DNA from: Pseudomonadales bacterium
GTDB lineage: Bacteria; Pseudomonadota; Gammaproteobacteria; Pseudomonadales; Pseudohongiellaceae
NCBI GenBank assembly: GCA_023257655.1
Contig: JALRBQ010000082.1
Coordinates: 5,466-69,465, forward strand
DNA length: 64,000 bases
Reading direction: 5' to 3'
The translations under genes were made by a program, and so were the position numbers. Shown here in pieces: positions 18,662-27,784 of this stretch. The notes beneath the pieces are model-generated. The model did not search any database. It saw only the letters and a list, made by a program, of their open reading frames with translations, and was not told the DNA's origin. The stretch's first letter is position 1, and every line of letters begins with the position of its first letter.

Positions 18662-20857
18662 ATGAAGGCAATCACCACCCCCTGTTTGACGCCGGCGACG
18701 GCGCGTTTTCGACTCAGCAAACTGGCGCTGGGCCTGTGCTTCGTCACAGCCTCTTCGCTCTCGATGGCGCAGGATCCCCAGCCCACCACCGGCGATGACG
18801 CCACGATTACCTATCCCTCTTCCTATTTCGCCCAGTTCGAACCCTACTCCGTGAACGACATGCTGGATCGGATCCCCGGCATCAACGTCGCCCGTCACGG
18901 CGGTGGTGGCGGTGGCGGCGGTCCGGGCAGCTCCAACGGCTCCAATCGCCGCGGCCTAGGCTCCGGTGGCGACCAGGTGTTGATCAATGGGCGTCGCATC
19001 GCCGGCAAGGAAAATGAAGGCAACAGCCAGCTCAGCCGCATTCTCGCGTCGCAGGTCGACTACATCGAAATCATCCGCGGCACCTCGGGCGATCTCGACG
19101 TGCGCGGTGGCGGACAAGTCATCAACATCGTGCTGCTGCAGGCCCAGTCCAGCTCTAGCCTCTCTTATGAAGTGAATGCCGACCGCTACCACGATAACGA
19201 GATTCAGCCCGGCGGCAAGATTTCCCTCAATGGTCAACGCGAAGCGTTCACCTATTTCCTGAGCGCCGAACAGGAACCGCGCCATGAGTTCCGCGACAGC
19301 CGCGAGCGCAGCTACCTGGCCGACGGTTCCGCCAACGACGCAATCCGTCGCGACGAGGTTCGTGAGTCGGCACCGAACACGCTGACAGCGAACTTCGGTT
19401 ATGAATTCACCGAGAACGATCGCACCCACCTCAACCTGCGCTGGGCCGACAACGACTCCGACACCGAGCTCGATCGCACGATCGTCGATTACACGGTGGC
19501 GAGCCCGATCGTCACGCCCGAGTTCGAGGACTTGTCGAATACCGGCGACGCCTGGGAAGTGGGCGGCGACTACGAACACATCTTCGGCAATAGCAATCGC
19601 TTCAAGACTTTGTTCATCGTCAATGACAGCGACGCGCTGTATCAACGCGACCGGTTCAACTTCAAAAACAACACGCAGACGAAAGACCTGTACCTGGCGT
19701 CCTACGAGCGTACCCGTGAACGCATCGTGCGTTCCTCTTACAGCATGGGACTCGGTGGTGGTCAGGACCTGGAAGTCGGCGTTGAGCGTGCCCAGACCAT
19801 CCTCGATACCTCCTTGCAACTGGGTCTGAAAACCGGCGGTACCGGGTCACCGGCCTTTGGCGGTCTGACGCCGATTAATAATGCCAACGGCACCGTGGAA
19901 GAGATGCGCTACGAATACTTCGCCATCCACAACTGGTTGCTGAACAACCGCATGTCCTTGGAAAGCACCTTGCTGTATGAAACCAGCACGATATCCCAAA
20001 CCGGTGACGTGTCCCAGGAACGCGACTTCAACTTCCTGCGCCCAAAACTGGACTACCGTTTCGACATCACGCCCGCCTTGCAACTGCGTGCGACGATCGA
20101 GAAAGACGTGGCCCAACTGAGCTTCTCGGATTTCACCGCCAGCGCCCAGAACAGCGGTGGCACTGACGACGACCAGAATCAACTGGAAGGTAACCCGGAC
20201 CTGGTGCAGGAGCAATCCTGGCGGTATGAGGCGAACCTGGAATTCCGTCTGCCCAATGATGCCGGGGTTATTAACACCAAGGCGTTCTACCACCAGCTCG
20301 AAGACGTGATCGAACGCATCGACGTCTCGACCCCGACCACGGTGTTGGGCGCGAACGGCAACATCGGCGACGGCGAGCGTTATGGCATGTCGATTAACAG
20401 CAGCCTGCGCCTGAACTTCCTCAATCAGCCTAACATGCTGTTTACGGCTTCACTCGATCTGGAAGACTCCAGTATCACCGACCCCTTCACTGGCGAAGAT
20501 CGCCGCCTCGCCCGTCGCGGCCGCGGCAACGCCAGAATAGGGCTGCGTCATGACATCCCGTCCCGCAACATGAACTGGGGCGTCAATGTGAGCAAGGGCT
20601 TCGACGGCGCCAACGTGTTCTACGACATCGACAAGACCGAGTCCTACGAAGGCGATCCGTTCTATTTTGCCTGGGTGGAAGCCGTGGGCTGGCAAGACCT
20701 GACCTACCGCTTCGAGATGCGCGATGGCGGCACCCGCTGCCGACTGCGCACGCGTTATGAGAATCGCTCAATAGGCGACGGCGGACTGGAGGAGATCGAG
20801 AACTCGTGCTTCACTACTGGCACCGTGTTTGCGGTCAAGGTGCGGGGCACGTTCTAG
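18662..20857 (+). CDS. TonB-dependent receptor (paralog family with Gly-rich plug insert)
   Basis: ATG 18662 (signal ...SSLSMAQD). Plug motifs YPSSYFAQFEPYSVNDMLDRIPG, RGLGSGGDQVLINGRR, IEIIRGTSGDLDVRG. Terminal VRGTF. Confidence 0.9.
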   Translation: MKAITTPCLTPATARFRLSKLALGLCFVTASSLSMAQDPQPTTGDDATITYPSSYFAQFEPYSVNDMLDRIPGINVARHGGGGGGGGPGSSNGSNRRGLGSGGDQVLINGRRIAGKENEGNSQLSRILASQVDYIEIIRGTSGDLDVRGGGQVINIVLLQAQSSSSLSYEVNADRYHDNEIQPGGKISLNGQREAFTYFLSAEQEPRHEFRDSRERSYLADGSANDAIRRDEVRESAPNTLTANFGYEFTENDRTHLNLRWADNDSDTELDRTIVDYTVASPIVTPEFEDLSNTGDAWEVGGDYEHIFGNSNRFKTLFIVNDSDALYQRDRFNFKNNTQTKDLYLASYERTRERIVRSSYSMGLGGGQDLEVGVERAQTILDTSLQLGLKTGGTGSPAFGGLTPINNANGTVEEMRYEYFAIHNWLLNNRMSLESTLLYETSTISQTGDVSQERDFNFLRPKLDYRFDITPALQLRATIEKDVAQLSFSDFTASAQNSGGTDDDQNQLEGNPDLVQEQSWRYEANLEFRLPNDAGVINTKAFYHQLEDVIERIDVSTPTTVLGANGNIGDGERYGMSINSSLRLNFLNQPNMLFTASLDLEDSSITDPFTGEDRRLARRGRGNARIGLRHDIPSRNMNWGVNVSKGFDGANVFYDIDKTESYEGDPFYFAWVEAVGWQDLTYRFEMRDGGTRCRLRTRYENRSIGDGGLEEIENSCFTTGTVFAVKVRGTF

Positions 20858-20876
20858 TTCGAACGATGGATTGAGC

Positions 20877-20916
20877 AAAAAGGGTCAGAGCAAATTAAAT
20901 TGCTCTGACCCTTTTT
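20877..20916. terminator. Bidirectional Rho-independent terminator hairpin
   Basis: AAAA-AGGGTCAGAGCAA-attaaa-TTGCTCTGACCCT-TTTT: a 13-bp perfect stem flanked by A and T runs, 20 nt after the TBDR stop. Confidence 0.85.
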
Positions 20917-21066
20917 CTTTCTCGATTCAACATTAATAATTAGGTAAGAGTAATGTGGTTTACGAAGGGTCGAGACGCGCCCACTTTTAATAGAAAATTA
21001 TTTAACGATAAAAATTAATTCACGCTGATCTGTTTTTTCCTTTCGCGCTTTTCCAGCCTCTGCCAA

Positions 21067-22299
21067 TTACCGCCCCACCAATCCCTGCAAAATCCGCTGA
21101 ATGTCCGCCCGATTATTGGCTGCCTGATTCGTCAGAATCACAAACGGATACAGCCCACCCGGCCCAGGAATATAACCCGCGAAATTGTAGACCCCGGTCA
21201 GGGTGCCGCTCTTACGCAACACGCCATTCGTCTCGGGCAACAGCTCCGCATAGGGCCGAAAGACTTCCAATACATGCAGCAACGCAGCAGCCTTGACGCG
21301 CTGCTCCCGCGACAAGCCGGACCCTTCCAGCATCAACAATGTCTGCGGATCAGTCCCGTAGCCTTCGCCATACAACTCCACAAGCCGTTCCTGCAACTCC
21401 GCCCTGGCTGCCGCGACGGTAGCCGGATAGCCGCTGCGGTGGGCGCCTAGTGTGAGAAACAGCTGGTTGGCGGTGAAGTTGTTCGAGTAGCGCAGTAATC
21501 CCGCCAGAATCTCGCGCAACGAGTGCGAGCTGCGATGTTGATAAAACAATGTCCACTCGTCAGACACAGCTTCGTGAGTGAACGCCGAATCGGTCACCGT
21601 CACACCAGACTCTTCGAGCACTAGCCGAAACAGTTGCTGCGCCTGTTGCAAACCGGCGCGAGGATCCGCGCCCAGATTGATGCGCTCGGCGGTTCCCGGA
21701 TTCAGTGTCGCGCCCAATTCGCGGGCCAGCGGCGTGAGGGGCGTTTGCGCTTCGCCGGTGATCAACTCGCCACCTGCAGTCCAGGCCAGATTCACCGTGT
21801 TGAAGTTCACCGCCAGCGCGCTGTTGCGCGCGGCATAGGGTTGGCTATTGTCCTCTTCCAGGGGCAGGTCGGGATTGGGTTCTAAGGCAGAGTCGTCGAC
21901 CACCAGCCGGCGCACCTGTTGCAGGCCGCGCTCAGCCAGCGCGTCGGCGATGAGCCTGATTTCCTCCGACACCAACAACGGATCACCGAGGCCGCGGATC
22001 AGCAGGTCGCCGTCGGTGTTACGATAGAAATGGGTCTCGAAGCGAAAGTCCTCGCCGAGGGTGGTGAGGGCGACTTGCGTCAGTGGAATCTTGACGAGGG
22101 ATGCCGGCACCATCACCCGCTCCGGGTTGAGACTGGTGAGCACTTCACCAGAGGCCGAAGCCAGCATCACGCTGCCATTGCCGGTGAGACTGTTCAATCG
22201 GTCTTGTGCAGTCGCTCCGGTAGCGATCGCACAAGCGAGCACGCCCAGAGCAAGAGTAACTCTTTGCACGAAGGACAATGTAAACGGCAGTATTCTCAT
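21067..22299 (-). CDS. dacB: D-alanyl-D-alanine carboxypeptidase/endopeptidase (PBP4, peptidase S13)
   Basis: Start trimmed to ATG 22299. SxxK (SLVK), SxN (YSNN) and KSG(T) motifs in the PBP4 order. KSGTLTGVYNFAGY. Confidence 0.8.
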   Translation of the reverse strand: MRILPFTLSFVQRVTLALGVLACAIATGATAQDRLNSLTGNGSVMLASASGEVLTSLNPERVMVPASLVKIPLTQVALTTLGEDFRFETHFYRNTDGDLLIRGLGDPLLVSEEIRLIADALAERGLQQVRRLVVDDSALEPNPDLPLEEDNSQPYAARNSALAVNFNTVNLAWTAGGELITGEAQTPLTPLARELGATLNPGTAERINLGADPRAGLQQAQQLFRLVLEESGVTVTDSAFTHEAVSDEWTLFYQHRSSHSLREILAGLLRYSNNFTANQLFLTLGAHRSGYPATVAAARAELQERLVELYGEGYGTDPQTLLMLEGSGLSREQRVKAAALLHVLEVFRPYAELLPETNGVLRKSGTLTGVYNFAGYIPGPGGLYPFVILTNQAANNRADIQRILQGLVGR

Positions 22300-22508
22300 G
22301 GTTAGACAGTTGGCGCAGCAATCCCGGAATCCAGGAATCAAAACGTCAGGGTAGGGCGATCGCCGCAATTAGGCAAGACAACAAACAGGATGTGGCCTCT
22401 GACACTCGGGCGAGGGAGTTGGTTTCACGCACGCTATGGGGTAGGCTAGCTCGACATTTCCAGCAACCCTGATTCAGGGCTGGCCGGTAACAGCAGTCAA
22501 TAAACCCT

Positions 22509-22607
22509 GCAGCAAGCCAGGAAGAAGCAAACGCACAGCGAACCAAAAAACACACCAAAAAACACAACAAAAAGCACACCGACAAGCACGCCAACAAAAC
22601 GCCAACG
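22509..22607 (+). other. 99-nt thymine-free A/C-rich tract in the leader of the triple-CMD gene
   Basis: Read directly: no T between 22509 and 22607 on the + strand (…AACCAAAAAACACACCAAAAAACACAACAAAAAGCACACC…). It ends 20 nt before ATG 22628; AGAGAGAGGA SD follows. Confidence 0.9.
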
Positions 22608-22627
22608 TATAAGAGAGAGGACAGTCC

Positions 22628-23710
22628 ATGTCGAATTCCAGAATCAGAGCCAAACACGTCTTCAGCGCCCAGTCACTGGCCGCACTCATCCTCCTCCTGC
22701 TCGGACCCGCCGCTGTGGCCCAACAACCACCAGCCCCCACCGGCTTCTACGACGGCGCGCCCTATTTAGGACAGGTGCGCGATCGTTACGTCTACGGCGA
22801 CATCTGGGCACGCCCCGGCCTGTCGGCGCGCGATCGAAGCATGATTACGGTGGCAGTCACGCAGGCGCTGTACGCAACCAATGAACTGCGGCTGCACATG
22901 GGCCGGGCACTGGACAACGGGGTCACCCAGGCCGAGATATCGGAAATCATTGCTCATACTCTGTGGTACTCGGGCTTCCCGACTGGCGTCAATGCCGCCC
23001 GTGTCGCTGCAGAAGTCTTCAAGGCGCGCGGACTGCCCGACACGCCGCCCGGTGCTTCCTCACGCCAGCCGCCGGTCAATCCCGAGCTGGAATTTCCCGG
23101 CGCCTTCCCTCAGACACCGTACCTGCGTGATCTGCTGAATGAAGTCGTCTATGCCGAAACCTGGACACGGGAAGAACTCTCGCCGCGCGATCGCAGCATG
23201 ATCACCGTCGCCGTGGGCACCGCGCTCGGTGCCTCCAGTGAAGTCCGCTATCACTCCGGCCGCGCGCTGGACAACGGCGTCACCCAGGCCGAACTGGCCG
23301 AGGTGCTCTACCACGTCGCCTTCTACGCCGGCTTCTCGGTCGCCACCAATGGCGCGAATGTCCTCGCCGAAGTCTACAAGGCCAGAAACCTGCCCATGGG
23401 TGAGGGACGCTACCCGGCAGCGCCGTATCTGGAAGAGCTCGTCGACGGCCTGATCGACGGCGAAACCTGGACCCGCACCCAACTGTCTGCCCGCGAACGC
23501 AGCATCGCCACCATCGCCGCGACTCTGGCCAACTACCAATCCGGTGAGCTGCGCGTGCAGCTGGGCCGGGGACTGGACAATGGACTTACAACACAAGAGA
23601 TCGCCGAGCTGATCGCACAGGTGACCATGTACTCCGGATTCCCGACCGGGGTGAATGCCTCGATGACGTTCGTCGAGGTGTTGCAAGAACGAGGCATGGC
23701 GCTGCCGTAA
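22628..23710 (+). CDS. Exported protein made of three tandem carboxymuconolactone-decarboxylase (CMD/AhpD-like) domains
   Basis: Signal LLLLGPAAVAQQ. Three ~100-aa repeats, each with (A/P)RDRS(M/I)(I/A)T(V/I)A...GR(A/G)LDNG(V/L)T(Q/T)(A/Q)E(I/L)(S/A)E...Y(S/A)GF. Confidence 0.8.
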   Translation: MSNSRIRAKHVFSAQSLAALILLLLGPAAVAQQPPAPTGFYDGAPYLGQVRDRYVYGDIWARPGLSARDRSMITVAVTQALYATNELRLHMGRALDNGVTQAEISEIIAHTLWYSGFPTGVNAARVAAEVFKARGLPDTPPGASSRQPPVNPELEFPGAFPQTPYLRDLLNEVVYAETWTREELSPRDRSMITVAVGTALGASSEVRYHSGRALDNGVTQAELAEVLYHVAFYAGFSVATNGANVLAEVYKARNLPMGEGRYPAAPYLEELVDGLIDGETWTRTQLSARERSIATIAATLANYQSGELRVQLGRGLDNGLTTQEIAELIAQVTMYSGFPTGVNASMTFVEVLQERGMALP

Positions 23711-23725
23711 GCAGAGCTGGCAAGC

Positions 23726-24559
23726 GTGCCATGGATTTGTCCAGTCTGTCAGGCGCCGCTCGTGTTAGCGGGGGCGCAGTGGCAATGCGAGAACAAGCAT
23801 AGCTACGACAGGGCGAAGGCGGGCTATGTAAATTTGTTGCTCGCCAATCAGAAGCGCAGCCCCGAACCAGGCGACAGCAAAGAGATGATCGCCGCCCGCC
23901 GGGCCTTCCTGGAAGCGGGCCACTATCAACCACTGGTGAACGCGCTTGCCGAGTTGATTCGCGAGCATCACTTCAAGCCGACATTGGCTCTCTTTGATGC
24001 TGGCTGCGGCGAAGGCTACTACCTTGGCAAACTCGTCACCCTCTTGAGCGAGCCTGAATTAGCGATCAATGCAGCCGGCAGCGACATCTCCAAGGCGGCG
24101 ATCGAGAAAGCCGCGAAAAAATACCCCCACTGCCAATTCGCTATCGCGAGCAATTTCAACTTGCCCGTATTGAACGAGAGTCAGGATGTGGTGCTGCAGG
24201 TGTTTGCGCCAGGTAGCGCAGAAGAAACTCACCGCATATTGACTGATGGGGGTTTGTGGCTGCACGTGAGTCCGGCGGAGGAACATCTCGCGCAGTTGAA
24301 GGCCGCGCTGTATGAATCTCCGCAACAGCACTCAGTGGATGCGGAACTTCCGACTGGATTCGAGGAGATAAAAAGCACGAGACTCCAGTTTCATTTTTGC
24401 TTGCCCGAACTCCAGATCAGGAGAGACTTATTGCTGATGACGCCTTACAACTGGAGTGTGGCGGAAGACGCACTGGATTCAGTGCTTGCTAGTATGTCTG
24501 AGGTCGGCGCGGATTTTTCGGTTCGCGTGCTGAGAAAGTGTCCCAAGTCTGAAGAGTAA
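23726..24559 (+). CDS. rlmA: 23S rRNA (guanine745-N1)-methyltransferase RlmA
   Basis: N-terminal Zn-finger-like CPVCQAPL...WQCENKHSYDRAKAGYVNLL, followed by a SAM-binding DAGCGEGYY motif. GTG start. Confidence 0.85.
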   Translation: MPWICPVCQAPLVLAGAQWQCENKHSYDRAKAGYVNLLLANQKRSPEPGDSKEMIAARRAFLEAGHYQPLVNALAELIREHHFKPTLALFDAGCGEGYYLGKLVTLLSEPELAINAAGSDISKAAIEKAAKKYPHCQFAIASNFNLPVLNESQDVVLQVFAPGSAEETHRILTDGGLWLHVSPAEEHLAQLKAALYESPQQHSVDAELPTGFEEIKSTRLQFHFCLPELQIRRDLLLMTPYNWSVAEDALDSVLASMSEVGADFSVRVLRKCPKSEE

Positions 24560-24569
24560 AATTCGAGTG

Positions 24570-24614
24570 GGTGTCAGATTTATTGAGGCGAACTAAATCT
24601 GACGCCTTTTATTT
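24570..24614 (+). terminator. Rho-independent terminator of rlmA
   Basis: GTCAGATTTA (24573-82) pairs with TAAATCTGAC (24594-603). The stem is extendable and is followed by TTTTATTT. Confidence 0.8.
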
Positions 24615-24672
24615 CAAGCCCAGTTATTAGCAGACTAGGTATTAACAGCACACGTAAAAACGGCGCAGGTGC

Positions 24673-25860
24673 TTACAGCGCAGGTTCCACTCGCAACAGC
24701 GCCCCAACGTCCTCATCTGTCAGCAAATACAACAAGCCATCCGGCCCTTCCCGCACTTCCCGAATCCGCTGCCTGAGCTCACCCAACATGGATTCGCGCC
24801 GCAGCTCCTCATAGTTCTCGTTAAACACGACCCGCTGCAGGTGACCAGTCCCTTCAATACCACCCTGGCGCAGTGAGCCCACAAACAAATTGCCTTTCCA
24901 GGCGGGAAACTTGTCGCCAGTGTAGACCGCCATCCCCGCCGCGCCGATTGCGGGCAGCCACACAATTTGCGGCGACTCCACATCCTCGCGTGTGGGATGC
25001 TCGGTAATTCGCGTGCCCGAGTAGTTACGCCCGAAGCTCAACTCCGGCCAACCGTAATTGCGGCCGGACAGGAGAATATTCACCTCGTCACCCCCGTTGG
25101 GTCCGTTCTCGTGCTGCCACATCTCGCCGGTCACCGGGTGCTGCATCAGGCCCAGTGTGTTGCGATGCCCCAGGGTGTAGATTTCCGGTCGCGAACCCCG
25201 GCCCACGAACGGATTGTCCCGCGGTACCGACCCATCGGGTTCGAGCCGCAACACCTTGCCCCGCAGACTCGTCATTTCCTGTGGGGCATTTCCCACATTA
25301 CCGCCCGTAGAAAAATAAACCTTGCCATCACGCCCGAAGGCGACGCGACCGTTCAGGCCAGAATTGCCCTCATACGGCTCAGTCACGACGAGATCCCGCA
25401 CATCCATCAGCGTGTAACCCTCGAGCCGGCCCATCGCGAGCGCCGGCGCACCCCAGCCGTTCTCCATCGGCTTTATATAAGTCAGGTAGACCAGGCCATT
25501 GGCAGCGTACTCGGGATGAATCGCGACGTCCTGAAGGCCACCATTCCCTTCGGTTCGAATCGCGGGTAAACCGGTGATGGGTCGCGGATCGAGCACACCA
25601 TCGCGCACAATCCGCAGGCGACCCGGCCGCTCGGTAATGAGCATGCCGCCATCGGGCAGGAAGGCAATCGCCCAGGGATGGGAGAGGTCATTGGTGACGA
25701 CGCTAACCCGGATTTTGCCCTGCTCAGCCGTGTCGAAGACCCAGGGGCCGTCGCCGAGTTCAGGGACGGGGAGACTGGGGGGTTGGGCGTGGGTATTAGT
25801 AATTACCAGTAGGCCTAGTAGGGCGAGCTTGGTGAGGCGGGCCGAGTAGTTGCGAGACAT
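24673..25860 (-). CDS. Exported PQQ-dependent sugar dehydrogenase (YliI/sorbosone-dehydrogenase family)
   Basis: Signal peptide. Motifs HPWAIAFLPDG, LGHRNTLGL, ENGPNGGDEVN, GRNYGWP. Confidence 0.85.
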   Translation of the reverse strand: MSRNYSARLTKLALLGLLVITNTHAQPPSLPVPELGDGPWVFDTAEQGKIRVSVVTNDLSHPWAIAFLPDGGMLITERPGRLRIVRDGVLDPRPITGLPAIRTEGNGGLQDVAIHPEYAANGLVYLTYIKPMENGWGAPALAMGRLEGYTLMDVRDLVVTEPYEGNSGLNGRVAFGRDGKVYFSTGGNVGNAPQEMTSLRGKVLRLEPDGSVPRDNPFVGRGSRPEIYTLGHRNTLGLMQHPVTGEMWQHENGPNGGDEVNILLSGRNYGWPELSFGRNYSGTRITEHPTREDVESPQIVWLPAIGAAGMAVYTGDKFPAWKGNLFVGSLRQGGIEGTGHLQRVVFNENYEELRRESMLGELRQRIREVREGPDGLLYLLTDEDVGALLRVEPAL

Positions 25861-26190
25861 CGGGTGCTCTCCTATGGGTCAGATCATAGAGCGATGGGGT
25901 TAGGTAATGTGCACAAAACCTATCGGATAATTTTGTACTACGCCTGAGGATTGTGCCATTAACCGTATAAAACCCCAATTAATATAGAAATAGCGATCAG
26001 ACCTGTTTGGCGCGGTTATTTCAGACCTTAATTGATCTGACCAGACTTAAACTTCTAAATGAGCGCGCCATTCCGTAAAGGAATGGGAAGAGATTCAAAT
26101 TAGGCAGTTGTTTGGCTGTTAGTGGGGTCTGAAAATCAGGCGCCTGATGGATACAGGCGCTCTTGGGATGCAAAAGAATTGATTCAGAAT

Positions 26191-26595
26191 CTACCTCCCC
26201 ACCGTCTCATCCCAACGCAACGCATTATGCTTATCCAATATCTCTATTAATCGATCCATCGGCACCTCCCGCATCTCCCCCGCGAATTCATCATCGTCGT
26301 CGCCTTGAAGATGGCGTTATACACCGCCTCCTCAGTAGCCTCCGCCGCCGCGAGCAGCGGTGACATGGAGGCGTCAACGAGTTCCTGGGTCTGGATGGGG
26401 GTGTCGCTCGTGAGGGGCTTGCGCACGGAGGGGTGGGTGGAGAATGAGATGACGTAGTCGCCCAAGCCGTTGCTGGCGAAGGAGCCGGTGCGGCCCAGGC
26501 CCATGGGCGCGCAGGCCGAGCCGGTCGACGCTACCTTCTTCGACGGGGCCGGTCTTGGCCCTGTTGAATGTCGCGTGCACCTCGTCGAGCAACGA
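26191..26595 (-). pseudogene. Degraded partial duplicate of the 3' part of dmpA (27785..28993)
   Basis: About 90% nucleotide identity to 27785-28100 and 28395-28460 of the intact gene. Internal deletion of about 100 codons between ...GPVEEGSV and DRLGLRA. 2-nt deletion (CATGATGGCG to CATGGGCG) shifts the frame. Track ORFs 26247..26504 and 26374..26607 are its two frames. Confidence 0.85.
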
Positions 26596-26604
26596 AAGGA
26601 AGCC

Positions 26605-26645
26605 CACAGTTTAACAGCCTAACGGAAGTGCATTGTTAAACTGTG
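26605..26645. repeat. Perfect 12-bp inverted repeat CACAGTTTAACA / TGTTAAACTGTG (17-nt loop) at the duplication breakpoint
   Basis: Read directly. It starts within about 10 nt of where homology to dmpA ends. Confidence 0.8.
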
Positions 26646-26878
26646 AGTGTCGCTGTCGCGCCTTCGCGTGAAGTTATATACCAATCATTTCCACATTCTG
26701 AAGCATCTCCGTCAGCGACTGATCAGGCAGCAAATTAGTCAATAGGCGGCTGATACTGCCATATGCAATCAGAAACGTGCTGGCTCGGTGTAAGCCTGTG
26801 CGGGAATTAACCCTGGAAAATTAAGGACAGATTTATGTGCTCTGTATGAAGAAAAGAGTGCCAGTTTCCTGTTAATTC

Positions 26879-27556
26879 TCAGTCGCCCGAGGATTTGGGG
26901 GTCATCGCTTTCGGCAACCCATTCACTTCAAACAGTATCTCGTTACGTCGAAACCAGGGTGGTATGAACGGCGGATTGTAGGCGGCGAACACCGACGGTC
27001 CCACTGTGTCCAATTGCTGCTCTGCTATGTTTTCCAGCAAGCGAGCTTCATTCTCTGTCAGGTTGCGTTCGGTCCAGCGTCCGGAAAATCGAATGGCCGC
27101 CATGACTCGTTCCGGTATCTCGTTCAAAGCCACAGTGTCATCCAGTGGCTTCGGAGCAGACACCATGTCGTATTCGCTGGGCAACATGAAAGCCATGCGA
27201 ATGCCTTCCGCTGTTTGTCTCGTGCTGACTGGCGAAGTCGCCTTCAGCTCAATTCCCGTGCGCGCCATTTCCACCGGTGCCGTCATGCTTACTTTCTCGC
27301 TGCCGCTATTGTTGCCTGAAATGTAGTCAAACAAGCGCTTAAAGCCTGTCTCCACGGCGCGATTGTAATCTTCGTCGGCGACCACGGTTTCTGCCACGAT
27401 ATAAGACTTGTATTGCCTATATTCGATTTTCCCCAATTCGAGCAAAACTGTGTATTCCGGTTTTTCCAAGGCATTGGCATTGGTTGCCAGCAATAGAGTA
27501 AGCAAAAGGAATATTGCAACAATATTGGTTTGAAGGGTTTCTGCTAGAAGCTTCAT
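26879..27556 (-). CDS. SOUL/HEBP haem-binding family protein, exported
   Basis: Signal plus EKPEYTVLLELGKIEYRQYKSYIVAE...MTAPV...MAFMLPSEY pattern. Visibly lower GC than the flanks. Confidence 0.75.
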   Translation of the reverse strand: MKLLAETLQTNIVAIFLLLTLLLATNANALEKPEYTVLLELGKIEYRQYKSYIVAETVVADEDYNRAVETGFKRLFDYISGNNSGSEKVSMTAPVEMARTGIELKATSPVSTRQTAEGIRMAFMLPSEYDMVSAPKPLDDTVALNEIPERVMAAIRFSGRWTERNLTENEARLLENIAEQQLDTVGPSVFAAYNPPFIPPWFRRNEILFEVNGLPKAMTPKSSGD

Positions 27557-27784
27557 GACATGTTCACCGTTAACCGAGGGGTTGCTGAGAATACGTGTCT
27601 GGAAGCAATTCAGTTCAATCTATCTTAGAGGTTGGCATGACGATGACTATTTGACACTCGATGCTTTGTTTATTAAGAAAATCGGTTCTTATGGTACGTC
27701 CAGAATATTTTTGGCCAATAACTACGAACCAGATTCTGAGTCAGCGCGAAACTTCGAGTTCATTCAATGCCGCGCGCTAGTTAG

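Noticed and set aside
22346-22657. 103-aa minus-strand ORF with CFLLCFLVCFLV repeats (looks like a Cys-rich membrane peptide).
   Set aside because: It is the antisense translation of the T-free CA-rich leader. It overlaps the starts of both flanking genes and is therefore an artefact of the compositional tract.
25552-25561. GGTTCGAATC, a T-arm-like decamer that might flag a tRNA.
   Set aside because: It lies inside the well-supported PQQ sugar-dehydrogenase CDS. No acceptor stem, D-arm or anticodon arm can be drawn around it.
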